From positions 434,001 to 498,000 of the forward strand of contig NW_026936290.1 in the NCBI RefSeq assembly GCF_032062105.1: 64,000 bases of DNA, written 5' to 3'. Of the stretch, positions 24,601 through 36,890 are shown one piece after another. The notes beneath the pieces are model-generated. The model did no database searches and was not told the DNA's origin. It was given only the letters and a program-made list of their open reading frames with translations. A program made the translations under genes and the position numbers. The first letter of the stretch is position 1; every line of letters begins with the position of its first letter. The DNA comes from Saccostrea cucullata. Lineage: Eukaryota.

Positions 24601-27600
24601 ATATATCGACGACGTATTGTCAATTAACAATGGCAATTTCCATTCCTATGAAGATACGATATATCCTGGTGAGCTTGAGATAAAAGATACCACAGAGTCT
24701 TACACATCTGTTTCATAGTTGGATATTTTACTTGAAAAAGACGATAATGGTAATCTAACAACCAAGCTCTATGACAAACGTGATGAATTTTACTTTTCTA
24801 TCGTCAACTTCCCTTACAATGTACTTATGCAGCAATATACCTTCATCACCTGTATACGGCGTTTATATATCTCAGTTGATTCGATACGCAAGAGCATGCT
24901 CTACGTATGAACAATATCTAAAAAGAGGTAAATTATTGACAAACAAGTTGATGAAACAAGAATATCAGCACTCTCGTTTAAAGACATCATTTCGTAAGTT
25001 CTTTTGGTCGATACAAAGACATTGTCAACCAATACAGTTTATCATTGAGTCAAATGCTGACTGACTTTTTCATATCAATTGTTAGTCCATTTATACACTG
25101 AATTGACGACGGATTTTTCCGTTGTTTCCCGATCATGACAAGTGGCACACGGCGGGTGTGACCTGTTAGCAGGGGATGCTCTCTCCTCTATTGCACCTGA
25201 TCCCACCTCTGATGTTGGAGATCCGTGTTTTCTCTGCTCCCATTTTGTATTGTTTTATGGACTTTAATATTGAATACTGTTCGATATCTCCATATCCTTC
25301 CATCAAGCTCAAAAATCCATCAAACAATACAAATTTTGACGCAGAGCCGGACCTCTAAAACGTTAGAGGTTGGATCAGGTGCCATTGAGAAGTGATCATC
25401 TTCTGCAGATTATTCTATAAGCCCCTCTTTCTTTCTGTAACATACCTGTTGTAAATCATAGAACTTTAAGGTCCATTGATTCTCTAGCAAGAGATAACTC
25501 TTAATGACATATATAATTGCCTATAGTTTTCAAAGCTGAGCCACTTTTGACCGAATTTGATCAGCTAGTTATTCTACAATAGCTTTTATTTACTTATATA
25601 ATACATTCTTTTGAAGATCATGAGATACAGCAACATTTTTTTTTTGAATGAGCAGAGGGTTTTTGATTTTGAAGCGATAAAAAGAGAGATTTTGATTGTT
25701 CTATGCATTTGTCCCTCCTATCTTGACTTTCCAGAATAAAATATAATTTAATTCTAATTTAGAAAACAACTACGTATTATGCAGTAAATTATCGCAATAT
25801 GTCTGTAAACAAATTATTATACCAATTAGTTTTAAATAAAACATACTGTTGTTTATGGAAATCATACAACAAGAAACAAAGAGAATGGTGACTGAGATCT
25901 TTGAGTTAAAATGAAATAATTGGAGATAATGAAGTTTCTGAGCTCAAAAATCTATAAAACATTACAAAACATAAGCAGAAGAAACACGGACCTCTAAAAC
26001 ATCAGAGGTTGGATTAGGTGCCATAGAGTGAGCATCCCCTACCAACCGGTCACACTCGCCATGTGCTCCTTGCCATGTTCAGGAAAAAAACGGAAATGTC
26101 CGTAAACAATTCAGTGTGTAAATAATGGCCTAACAATCAGTTTATGAAAAAGTCAGTCAGCATTTGGCGTATACTCTTGGATTGTGTTTGCTGACAAGGT
26201 CTTTGTATCGACCATAAAACTTACGAAATAATAACTTTAAACGAAAACTGCTGATATTCTTGTTTCATAAAATTGTTTGTCAATTACCCCGTTTTAGAAA
26301 TTGGTCATACGTAGAACATGCTCTGTGTTTCGAATCAACTGAGAGATATAAACTCAATATGCAGGTGACAAGGGTGTTGCGTAAGTAAGGGAAGTTGACG
26401 ATTGGAAGTTAAAGTCATCACGTTTATCATTAGCTTTGTTGTTAGATAACCATTGACGTCTTTTTCTAGTAAAATACCACAATATGAAACATATGTGTCA
26501 GACTCTGTGGTATCTTTTATTTCCACTTCACCGGGATATATCATAAGAATGGAAATAGTAATTGACAATACCTCGTCGATAAAAAAAAACATTGTTCTTT
26601 TAATAGGCAACCGAATATTGGTTTCAAGTTTTCAAGATAAATATTTGGCAATTTTTTCCCAAATATTGAGTTTCAGCTAGATAATTTGTGAAATGTTGAA
26701 TTAATACGAGAGCTTTTTGAAATAGTTGTATTATCAATTTGTTTGTAAATAGATTTCCTGGTTTTTTTCCTTTTTCTTTTTTTTTTTTGGAAAATTCGTA
26801 CGTAGAAAATATTCTTGTTCATAAGTAAAGTGGGCGCAATGAACTCCATATGCACTTAAGAAATGTTATATACATGTAATACATAGAAATATTATATAAA
26901 ATAAACAAAGGGAGTTTATTTATATTCAGATTTATGTAAAAAGTGTGTTGTCATATTACAAGCTGTTTGTTTGTATGTTGTGTAAGGTCACTCTTGAGAA
27001 TTTTTCACACATGTGGAGACGCCACCACTTGCCGGTGGAGAGCTGCAAATTTTGTCCTTTACTCGGAACAAATGGCCATTGAGCAGGGAGAAATCTTTTC
27101 CTGCCAGTGCCTACTTCGACACGGGACCTCGGTTCATACGGTCTCATCCGAAGGACCGGTCTCTTCGTCCCATAGTGAGGATCTACTTTGCCACTCCAGA
27201 ACAGACTCTATAAGCACTGCGCCACGCAGGAGACGATTTTCCAAGTAAATTATACATTACATGAAACAAATGTGTGAGACTCTGCAGTTTCTTTTATTTC
27301 GAGTTAAAACAGAAATATTAATTGAATTAATGTTGGAATGAAAAGGAATATGGAAAATTGATAAAACGTCGTCGATATATCAAAATATAGAGCTGGAGGT
27401 CAAAGCAAGACACCTGATTTTCATGTGGAAGTATTTGAATGAGGTATTTTTGTGAACGTTTTCAGATATTAAAGTCAGTATAATTTGGCCTCCAAAGACA
27501 GCAAAGATATCCAAGCAACCTTTGAAAATTAACTTCGGGTACGTAACTGTACAATCAGAATGTATTTAAACAAAATAATTTGCCAATAAACACAGACAAG

Positions 27601-28729
27601 GTATTTAAATTCAATGGTTCCACATTTCGATAAAAAAAACAACAGCTGACTTTGGAATTCAAAATCCTGATGGAATTTAATTTATTCGTGGCGAAATGAT
27701 TGTTTGGTTTGGAGAGAAAAAGCGGGCGGTGAATGCAGAATCATCCCTAAAGTCGCTTTGCCTGTTGCAAAATGTATATGACATTGCTCCAAAATTGAGC
27801 AAGACCAAGGTCTTTTCAGAGTTTGATGCTAGCAATGTATTCGGGTCCCCCTAGCTCCAGAGAGTTGTCACCTTTCTGTATTCAATACTCCTTTATGACG
27901 ATACTGATTTTAGTGGGTATCTTTCGGAATATTTCAGCTCTTGAAATATTTCATCAACCTTCTTAATCTCGCATGTTCGAGATATAAATTGATAGAGCAG
28001 TCATATTTCAGCACCCATTAACACTTAAACTGTAGATAGGACTAAGGAACCATCATCTTCTGCAACTTGCTACGAAACAAAGCAATCAGGAAGAATTTCC
28101 ATTCTAAGTTGTAAAATTTTTATGCAAGATTTTTAGCTTATTAAGCTAATTAGTACCAAGGTTGGAATTTTTTTACCTATAGAGAATATAATTTATATGA
28201 AGATCCAAGATGCTTCAAGAGAATAACTTACCTTTGACACTTTAATCATTGTATATTAGCTAGACTTAAGGTCATCATTAAATTGTGATGCTTTAAGAAT
28301 CATAAGTATTTGTTCGTCTTTCAGAACCAATTATCAAACAAAACCACTGTATTCATTCAAATAACCTTACAGGTGATAGACGTTCTGCCATCTCAAAGTA
28401 ACTTACTCCTAGAGAATCTGAGGAAGCTGATTATTAAAGGAATTGGGTTTTTGTGAAGCTTTAGGGATCGTCAACCTGTTTCTGTTGTGTTCTGTTGCTA
28501 TATGACATAAGTAACTAAATCTTATAGCGTGTTCAATTACCTGGGAGGCGGTAGAAATGGACATCAGAGATGGTGGTTTGTAGTCTCCAACAGCGTCATA
28601 TCCGTTGAATGACGTAATATTTTGCCTGTGTTTCCTGTTCCGGTACACTCTACACAATACAAAACAGACCACGCCCGCTACAACACCAGCCAGACCCAGG
28701 ACGACGCCGAGAACGACGGCGGTTGTCAT
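15363..28729 (-). CDS. Syt: Synaptotagmin (N-terminal TM, tandem C2A/C2B), Syt-beta-like; join(28541..28729,19685..19865,17204..17341,16443..16765,16054..16171,15363..15670), 1257 nt, 418 aa
   Basis: All introns are GT..AG and the exon phases are compatible (0,1,1,0,1). An in-frame TAG lies two codons upstream of the ATG. TM VVLGVVLGLAGVVAGVVCFVLC; C2A GKLHIRIKYD..EGGFGDPY..FDFDKFSRH; C2B GEILLSLSYLPTAERLTVVV..KKVKRKKT..HWNDML..MW. EGGFxDPY/PEVD resembles Drosophila Syt-beta (from memory; paralogue not verified). Confidence 0.95.
15812..15941 (-). mobile_element. PLE 3'-end fragment in last synaptotagmin intron
   Basis: Reverse complement of the PLE 3' UTR (gaggtcagatcaggtaccattgaggagtgagcatcc). 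Confidence 0.8.
16054..16171 (-). CDS. Syt: Synaptotagmin coding exon 5 (HNDMGEILLSLSYLPTAERLTVVVLKA...; start of C2B)
   Basis: ttacag|..TGTG|gtacg, 118 nt; canonical C2B opening motif. Confidence 0.95.
16443..16765 (-). CDS. Syt: Synaptotagmin coding exon 4 (C2A core)
   Basis: tttcag|..CAG|gtact, 323 nt; DPY, NPFYNEFFKF, FDFDKFSRH. Confidence 0.96.
17204..17341 (-). CDS. Syt: Synaptotagmin coding exon 3 (AIRPDLY...GKLHIRIKYDFRTSDVLVHLIE; start of C2A)
   Basis: tgcag|..GAAG|gtgag, 138 nt; IxPDLY motif and first C2A strands. Confidence 0.93.
17838..18378 (-). mobile_element. PLE 3' fragment
   Basis: Reverse complement of 12760-13319. Confidence 0.9.
19685..19865 (-). CDS. Syt: Synaptotagmin coding exon 2 (Ser-rich linker EAFMTKEHRP...DPNF)
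   Basis: GC-rich island, aacag|GAA..TTTG|gtga, 181 nt, open in the frame required by both neighbours. Confidence 0.88.
21069..21131 (-). CDS. Putative alternative first coding exon of synaptotagmin (MGSELSHIGMKDTTKYYRRRK; myristoylation motif + polybasic patch); further in-frame donors after 21018 and 20955
   Basis: tacgccATGG context; AAG|gtatgt donor in phase 0, matching the exon starting at 19865; strong upstream acceptor (T-run)acag| at 21428. Confidence 0.6.
22068..22325 (+). mobile_element. PLE 3' fragment
   Basis: atgctgactgacgtttttcatac..gatcatgacaaggagcacacggcgggtgtgaccgg.. Confidence 0.9.
23553..23889. mobile_element. Kolobok-type MITE (TTAA TSD, GG termini), 337 bp
   Basis: TTAA-ggacatacgcaa..ttgcgtatgacc-TTAA. 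Confidence 0.78.
24372..25410 (+). mobile_element. PLE RT fragment (24402-25302) flanked on both sides by inverted 3'-end pieces
   Basis: FLIDNIYVVFGDQFFQQSIGIPVGTNCA, YIDDV, LYDKRDEF, VYISQLIRYARACS with frameshifts; inverted tails at 24372-24401 and 25303-25410. Confidence 0.92.
25915..26582 (-). mobile_element. PLE RT/3' fragment
   Basis: IDEVLSI..IYPGEVEIKDTTESD..; reverse-complement 3' UTR. Confidence 0.9.
26960..27200 (-). mobile_element. SINE-like copy (same family as 4806-5055)
   Basis: ggagacgccaccacttgccggtggagagctgcaaat..ggtctcatccgaaggaccg. Confidence 0.8.
28541..28729 (-). CDS. Syt: Synaptotagmin coding exon 1 (start + TM, MTTAVVLGVV...STASQ)
   Basis: Acceptor ttacag| opens the exon at 28739, ATG at 28729, donor CAG|gtaatt after 28541; 63 codons, phase 0. 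Confidence 0.9.
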
Positions 28730-30613
28730 CGTCTACTTCCTGTAACACAATCGTAGAACGCTTGTTTACTGTATACTGGCAAATACCCGGTAATTTACTG
28801 AGGGCTTTCAGTATAATGATATTTGATTATTATTTGCATCGATACACCATCCCGATTTCATAGATTTTTTTTTAGAATAGGGAAATATCTGTAAACATAT
28901 TATGGTACTTATCAACTTTCTGAAGAAATGAATCTTTTATAATTAATAAGAGATGATATATTCTTCGAGCTACTGGTTCAATCTTTTGAATTCATTTCTT
29001 TCTTTTCACTTCTTATAAATAACAGCTTTTCGGCCAGCTATAAAAATTGTGTTGTCACAAAATTACAGAGAACTGATTCCCAATGTACTGCATGTACTCC
29101 TTTGTAGCATCAAATTAGAACCAATTTATACAGTATATACAGAAAATATTGGAAAAAATTAGACGAAGGCCTACAATAGAAGGAAATTCTATGAAAGACT
29201 TTAATTCATTTTTTTTACCTAAAATAATTCACATGGTACATTGCAATGTAATTGCAAAATTGTTCAACAATGACTGTTTTGTTACCTTTTTGATAAAATC
29301 TTCGTTTTATGGAATCACTAAGCTTTTGTTACTCTAAATCAAAGTAAACAATCATTTTTATGACGCTATTATTAACATGTCGTATGTCGTATCCTGTTTA
29401 TGTTCTTTGGAAACCACGAACTCTCTGTTTATGAATTCTAGATCTGGCTATAAATAGACCGTAAAATGGCGCCAGTCCTTCCTGTCCAACGAGTCCGTTT
29501 CCTTCACGTAATTGACATGATCACAAACTCCAGAATAAAGGATTGGATATAAAGTGATCACAGTTTCTATGTACCAACAATCGTTTGATTTATTTGATGT
29601 GCGTTATTCTTTTACTTGATAAACCCATGACTTTATTATTGTTTTTGAACAACATGAAAGGAACATTGACATCGATAACGAAGGGTAGTGCACCGCCGTA
29701 GATATAATCGTTATTTTATTTTATAAGATGTCGTTATTGGTATGGCTTTTCCATTCATTCTTTTCAAAGCTATAGAAAGGGCAACATTATAATTTGATAA
29801 TGAAAATTGTGCATTAAATAACGTAACATAATGATTAATTGGGCATGGGTGATGGGAAATTACTTTCGACAAAACTGCATGTTTCTTTTAATTTTCTCTT
29901 GTGTGCATATCTGTGTAACCAAATGCAAGAATTGGGGACGGGTTTTGTTAAAAACAAGTAAGTAGGGGCTGCCCCTCTCAACCCGGATACTACATGCAGG
30001 TGCGTAAAAATGTTATACCCTGAGTCTGTGGAAGATAAAAAAGACAAATTTGAATTTTGTTAAATGAAAACATTTTTGGGGTCTTGAAAAACAAGAAAAG
30101 TGGACAACAAGTATAAGATGAACGAACACCAGAGAAAATAATATGTGATAGAAATAGGTTAATAGCCGTTTGAGCAAACCTTTTTTAATTACATATAGGT
30201 ATATACATGCATGTATATAAAAATGAAGCATATTCAAAGAGGTATGTTGGAAAAAAAAACATGTATTCTTGTCAGAAATATTCAACAGAGGACCATATGC
30301 CAAACTGTCAGCTTTAAAACATTTAATGTTAAATGAGATAAAATAATTCAATCTTAATTTTTGAGTATTTTTCCCCTTATACTTGATATACTTATCATAT
30401 ACTATTACATTAAGAACCTAGAAAAAATTTAATTCGGGTCTCAGTTCATTTTTATCGAAAAAGGATGCTTTTTTATCAGTTCTATTTGATTACAAATAGG
30501 TTCCCATTATTGAATATCAACTTTTCAGACCAAAAATATATACCTTGATCACACTCAACCTTCATTTCCGGAAAAGTTCTAAAACGGAAGTAATCCGAAA
30601 AAGGTCGATTTAA

Positions 30614-31806
30614 GGGGGGACCTATGTCGTTTTACGTCAAAGCAGCGTTATTTGACGTCACAATAGCGACGTTTTTTTTACCGCTGACTTTTGCAACTGT
30701 GATTATAGGCATAACATTGTTATTAATCAGTAACGTACACAGTTTACAAAAAGAAATTTTTTCATGTATTTATGACAGTTTTATTTGATTTATGAAGATT
30801 GTTAATATTAGAATTCCATTCCTTTGGTTGATAATTCATAGCAATTTCAGTTGTGAAGAAATACCTCCGTGATATGCTGATATAAAAATGCAAAAAATAT
30901 AAGATAAAATTTAGCAAAGACAGCGGCATCAGGGAAATATGTTTAATTTTTTTATTACCATTAATTGTATTTTCTGCATAAAACTAAGAAAAATTAAGAA
31001 ATGTACTTGTACCTATATTTAATTACTGATTTATAGTGTATGTAGATTTTATTGTATAAAGTCATTCCTAGGTTCTATTAGGTGTTGGTTGTTGATGGGA
31101 AAAAAGGGGGGGGGGCAGAATGATTAGAATGAAGAAGAAAAAAGTTTATCTATTTAAATTATTTATTATCAAAACAAAATAATCGTTTTTGCAAAATAGT
31201 TTAATATTCAGATGTTTGTCAGTGCTAACTTACTTTTTTTTAGTGCAGAAAGGTCAATATTCATTACAGAAGAGTACAAAAATAAAAGAAAACGTCATAT
31301 TTCTCGTTTATTTTATCATAAAGGTATACTTTTTTCTTTGTTAGAATATTGAGAGGGGTCATGTCTTTCAAAAAATATGAATTACAACATTTTCACACAA
31401 AGACTTTTTAAGATATTACCTGTTACGCATGTCGGAATTGTAAAAAATACGACAAGAAAAACGGGGTGATACTTACATTGTGCTTCTTGATAATTTTTCA
31501 TGCAAGATGAATTGCAATGATTTTGCCTTCATTTTAAAGATACAAGTCATATAAATTAAATACATGTTGATTTCGAATGTGATTTGACATTTTTGATTCT
31601 TTTTAGCGCATATTTGGAGTAGAACAATAATGTCTGAAAATAATCTATTTTTAGCATTTCACACTGTTTTTCCACGTGCTCCTGTGTAAAAATAAGCATA
31701 TAAAGGTATTGTTTTTAATACCTTAAAAATAAAAGGAAGTGGTCAGGAAAGAGATGTCAAAGTTTTGAAAATTTCACACAAAGACTTTTCGGACATAGGT
31801 CCCCCC
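30614..31806. mobile_element. Kolobok-type non-autonomous element, 1193 bp
   Basis: TTAA-ggggggacctatgtc..gacataggtcccccc-TTAA; perfect 15-bp TIR. Confidence 0.88.
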
Positions 31807-32770
31807 TTAATATCAATGGCTTCTGTTCATGATTGACAAGAATTAGGTTAGACCCTGGAACATCATCCAGGCTTTTACAGCTCTCTTGCACACACAAGGC
31901 TTTGTGTATTGGGAAAGTCATTCTAATTGTAAATCAGTCAAGGTGGGAGTGGTCTCCCCTGATCTTATAACAAAACTATGTTGACCTTATGGCCCTGTTT
32001 TTCTTTCTTCCAGATAAGATCCCCCAAATTGTATAAAAAATAATTTTCTTTTATTAAAAAAGTGATGGACTTAAGATCAATATACAAAAAAAAAATTTGA
32101 CAACCTTAACTTATTTTCCTTCTAGAAATAACTATTGATATCAAACATTGTTTTGAATTTCAGTTTTATATTGGTCTACTTAATATAGCTATACATAATA
32201 TGCATGATAGATTTTTAACATTAACGTGAGAATATATTAATGGATTTGACATGATTTTAATCCACTTTATATGTGACAGATTATGAATGGAACATTTCTG
32301 TGGAGCTATTAAATTTCGCAGCAGTTGATTAAGCAGAAGCCGATCGAAGTGGTGTACATCTCTCACGCGCTGTTGTAATAGAGATTTTGTCCCCGGAAGG
32401 CGAACATCAGTCGTCCTTCGCTGCGGACATTATTCGTAATTTGTCAGAGCTTTACATTGGGGAAATGGACCGAAGCAAATGCGTTTAAATGATGCAGAGA
32501 GATTTACAAATAAACCAGCTTCCAACAGCTCTTCCGAATAATGTATTCTCAATGTTATTAACAAAATTTACAAACAAACAAAATAGAGAGAAAAAGATAA
32601 AATAAAAAGATTTTTAAAAAATACAATGATGTTGTATCAATCACTGAATGGAATTTAACAATCAGAGAATCTGATATCATAATTCAGATTACTCCAAAAG
32701 AGTGCCTAATTACTAACACGTAAGAAGTCAACATGGTAAAAAATAAACCCCTCTTCAGACTGTTTCTTAC

Positions 32771-33173
32771 CTTTGTTTACCTGAATAAATCCTGGGAATC
32801 ATTTCCTCCACCACAAAGCTCAAAATCTCGAATATCAAATCTCGAGAGAATTCATTATCACGTACACAAGTACATGACGTGGGGAGACCGAAAGGAAATG
32901 CCAATTGATAACTCTTTCTTCAGCATCCAGGTGAGTCGTATCTTGCTCTACGTGATATAAAATCTGAAGACTCCTGTCGACATGAAGTCGGCTTGGTCGG
33001 CTAAGAGCAGCCCCTGTGAAGACCGCCTATAGAAGCTGTCGTTAGCGAGTGGGCATTGAATCAATGACAAGTCTTTGTGCGGATCGGTAGCGATGACTTC
33101 GCTACATTGGCACCTCTTCCATTCGTATTACCACGCACCGAAGGCCTTTGCCCCCCAAAGAACAAATATACAC
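32771..33173 (-). other. Probable non-coding 5' UTR exon of synaptotagmin
   Basis: Locally GC-richer; acceptor ttttacag| at 33173; tandem donors CAG|gtaaac (32781) and AAG|gtaag (32771); stops in all frames; a further donor CAC|gtgagt at ~33347 upstream. Confidence 0.45.
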
Positions 33174-34528
33174 CTGTAAAAATGATATTAAGTAATTCTT
33201 TTAATGAAATTAAATTCTTAACAGTATAAATCAAAATTTGCATTTACTATGAAAGTGTTCCATTCTATGAATTTTAATTGTTTTTCAAATTTATTTCCAT
33301 AACCGCTTGATGCTGTATTAAATGCATTGATACATATGTCCACTCACGTGTGTTGACGGTCAGGGTTTACGAGCATTCACACTTCTGTTAAATCCAATTC
33401 ATTCACAGCATCAATCGTTTGACAGACCTTTCTTGGTTTCTAGGCTTTGCTAGTCGATGGGTCGATCGCAGAATGCCAGGTTTAATGTCCGCACCACGTT
33501 ATTATCAGCTCTTACTAGTTGGAGCTAAAGGAGATCATTATACACCAGTTGATTGTAACATCGCAAAAACCACTAGTCTCTACACGCTTTATTTCTCAAA
33601 CAACTGCTCTGCCATCTGTGGTCAGTTCATTTATCTGATTTTGTTTCAATTAGTTTTCAATCACTCAACAAACACAATGAAAGAATTTCTGTCCAAAAAT
33701 TTTTTTTTAATTTTTTTTATTGAATCATTGATTATTGATATTTGTTCCAAATTGCACTTAAGATTAAGAACAAAAAAAGAAGAAAGGTCAACGGCAAACA
33801 GAAATAGCAGTTCTCAGAATAAGAGACAATGAGGCATATAAGAAACCAAATAATTATACAATATGTATTTCAGTACACCTACGATTTAATTATCCTTTGC
33901 ATAAAATCCTCTTTATTGAGCGTATAATGGCTTGGTTGTAGCATGAAATCTGACGACTTGTATGTCTGTTAATTACATCATCCTATACATATAGTTATTG
34001 ATTACCTTTCAAAGGTGTAAATGAAAAAGATGGATTTCATGAGCAGTGTGAAGGCTACCTATTAGAACCAATATTATCAGATTATACTATGACAACTGGG
34101 ATCGTTGCCGAGAATAATGAAGCCCTCTTTAGTTGTAGAAAGGTTTCTGCTGATCATAATGCAACACAACCCCCAACACCCATCAACATTCCTCTTAAAA
34201 TGATTAATTTGAGTAATTATGTAACGATTAAAATGCATATTTTATATACAGAATATAAAAAATTATTATATTTTGTTTCGTCAGCAGAATCTAATTGACA
34301 CGGTAAATATAACTAATACTAGTATTCTTAATTTAAAAAAAAGGTCCAGTCTCATAATTTGCAACCATATTTCACACTGGTGTCCACACCATGTATTCCA
34401 TTAATTAATAATTAATTCAGAAAAATTAATAATTTAATTAATTAATTAAATAATCGGCTTTTGTTTCCAAGTTTTTTCATTGAAAAGAAAAAGGACAGAA
34501 CCTCTACTTGACATTTGATTTTCTAACC

Positions 34529-35336
34529 TGAAATATATGGAGATAAAGAACAGTATTCAAGATCAAAAGTCCATAAAACAATACAAATTAGTAGCATAAC
34601 AAACACTGACCTCCAAAACACCAGAGGTGGGATCAGGTGCCATGGAGGAGTGAGCATCCCCTGCATACCGGTCACACCCGCCGTGTGCTCCTTGTCATGA
34701 TCGGAAAATAACGGAATCGAATTACTCAAAAGTACAGAGAGCCGGGCTCATTTACAGAGTAAAATGAATTTCTTACATGATCATACGTTTATATTGTATT
34801 AACAGATAAATAACAAGAATATCAGATTAAAAATTCTGATGAAAAAATTATTTTAAAACTAGCAATAAAAATTATAAGACACTGACAGTGAGTTTTCGAT
34901 TCAAATACCACGGTCCGATTTTGTCAGAATCAAAATTTATCTGGTACTACGGCTGAATGTAAACAAACAGGCCAGTCTGGTTCGAGCCCTCTCCTGTTTT
35001 TCCTCGTTAGTGTAGAGAACTACAAAAACACTGATTATCAGAAATCCTTACGCTAATAAACTATGTTCTTTGACTTAAGACTGAATTTTTCGAAGTCATT
35101 ACTAATAATGTTTATTTATTTAGATAAAACTTCGTTTTATTTATGTTGCTTTATTTAGCGTTTGTATTATCTCAGAAGCGGTTGAGAGTAAGAACTATAT
35201 TTTTACACGTAACTTTAAAATGGCGACTATATATGGGGTTGACATCCTGTCATAAGCCCGGCTAAAAATCTGTCGTCAATTCAGAGTATAAATAATGGAC
35301 TAACAAATAGTATGAAACACGTCAGTCAGCATTTGT
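34529..35336 (-). mobile_element. PLE 3' fragment split by a TIR insertion
   Basis: 34529-34716 and 35264-35336 are contiguous in the other copies. Confidence 0.82.
34740..35263. mobile_element. 524-bp TIR element nested in a PLE
   Basis: agccgggctcatttacag..ctgtcataagcccggct imperfect TIR. Confidence 0.65.
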
Positions 35337-36394
35337 CATGAAAAAAAATCCTTGACATGATAGTACAATGTATGTGATTTGAGGAGAATGAAAACCAAAT
35401 ATTCCTCTGTCTCCAATAATTCAGCAATGAAATTTAAAGTAGAATGATGAATTAAACGATCAATGTCTACTGGACCCAGTTGTAAAAGCATTTAACAATA
35501 TTAACTTTGTGAGGTTCATTATTTTAAACTTTTTATATTAGAGGATCTGAAATATAATTTTGAAATTGATAATCAAAATCATACACACAGCTACCTTTCT
35601 ACGGAGAAAAGTCTTCAAACTCTTATGACTGTTTTAAATATTTTCAATATTCCCATCAATCAAATTAAATGTGAATAAAAAGATCTGAACTCGATTAAAC
35701 TACATTAAATTACTACAGACAAATATAGATATCGAGTTAAGAAAAAAATACACTAAAAGTAGTGTACTATTACTTAAAAAATCTAAGGATCTCTAGGAAA
35801 ATTTTAACTCACAAAATTGTGCCAAAACTAATAACATTTTATTATTCAATTATATGCAACCATTCCCAAGATAAAATCTAATAAATATAAGTCCGGGTAT
35901 TGGGATATTGAGACATCTTCAACAACTATGTTTTCCACTAAAATGGAAATCTTAAATTCACTTACCTTTTCATTAGTGGCTTTAAAACTATTTTGAAAAA
36001 AGAAAACAATCTGATTGTACATACATATTCCGAAGATGATATTCCAAAATAGACACCTCAACTCCAGCATTTAAAAAAAATATAGTACCTCAACGAAGAA
36101 TCAGAATGGTTTAAAAACTAAATTTTCTAGACGACCATTCATACTATTTAATAAATTAATTTTATAGGTAAGCTAAAACAAAGCTTGAAAATTAACAGTT
36201 GTTCAATAACCAGCATCCCTGAATTGTAATCGATCTTCGATTTACAATATTAAATTGCTTGTGAGTAATCATGAATGATTCCAGACTGTACACTTGGGAA
36301 GAAGTCTAAATTCTATGGAATAAAAATTTTTTTTTATAATATTATACATATACATACTGAATACGTATGGCATTTCAAACATTGCAATAAATGA

Positions 36395-36890
36395 CCTTTT
36401 CAATTTCTATTGTATAATTTTCTTTTTGTATTGTAAAAGTTTTATTCATATTCAATAATTTTCCATTTATATTGTATAATTTTAAATTTGTATTGTATAA
36501 TTTTCCATTTTGGATTATGCATTTTTTCTATAATTTTCAATTGTATTGTATGATTTTCCATTTGAATTGTATGATTTTCCATTTGTATCGTATGATTTTT
36601 TTCATTTGAATTGTATGATTTTTCATTGGGTTTGTGTTTTTTCTATCTGTATTCTATAATTCCCTATTTTCTATTTGTATTGTAAAAAATCATTTGTATT
36701 GTATAATTTTTATTCGTATTCTATATTTTCTATTTGCATTGTATAACTTTTACTGGTATTCTATATTTTCCATCTGCATTGTTTAATTTTTATTTGTATA
36801 TATTTTCCATTTGCATTATATAATTTCTTATTTGTATTCTATAATTTCTTATTTGTACTCTATAATACCTTATTTATATTTGATTATTTT
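36395..36890 (+). repeat. Degenerate AT-rich ~21-bp minisatellite (ttgtattgtataattttccat), ~22 units
   Basis: Direct periodicity. Confidence 0.88.

Noticed and set aside
24334-25064. Active reverse transcriptase gene
   Set aside because: Split across three frames with stops and deletions; 5'-truncated relic
25095-25145. SECIS element or selenocysteine recoding in the PLE (described for some Naiads)
   Set aside because: Visible conserved Cys positions use TGC, and the hairpin tgacgacgga..tccgttg lacks an apical AA and a clear quartet
33605-33625. CTCF site
   Set aside because: Three mismatches in the 5' half of the core; only the E-box part matches
34975-34990. tRNA gene (ggttcgagccc B-box)
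   Set aside because: No A-box or cloverleaf; lies inside a TIR element
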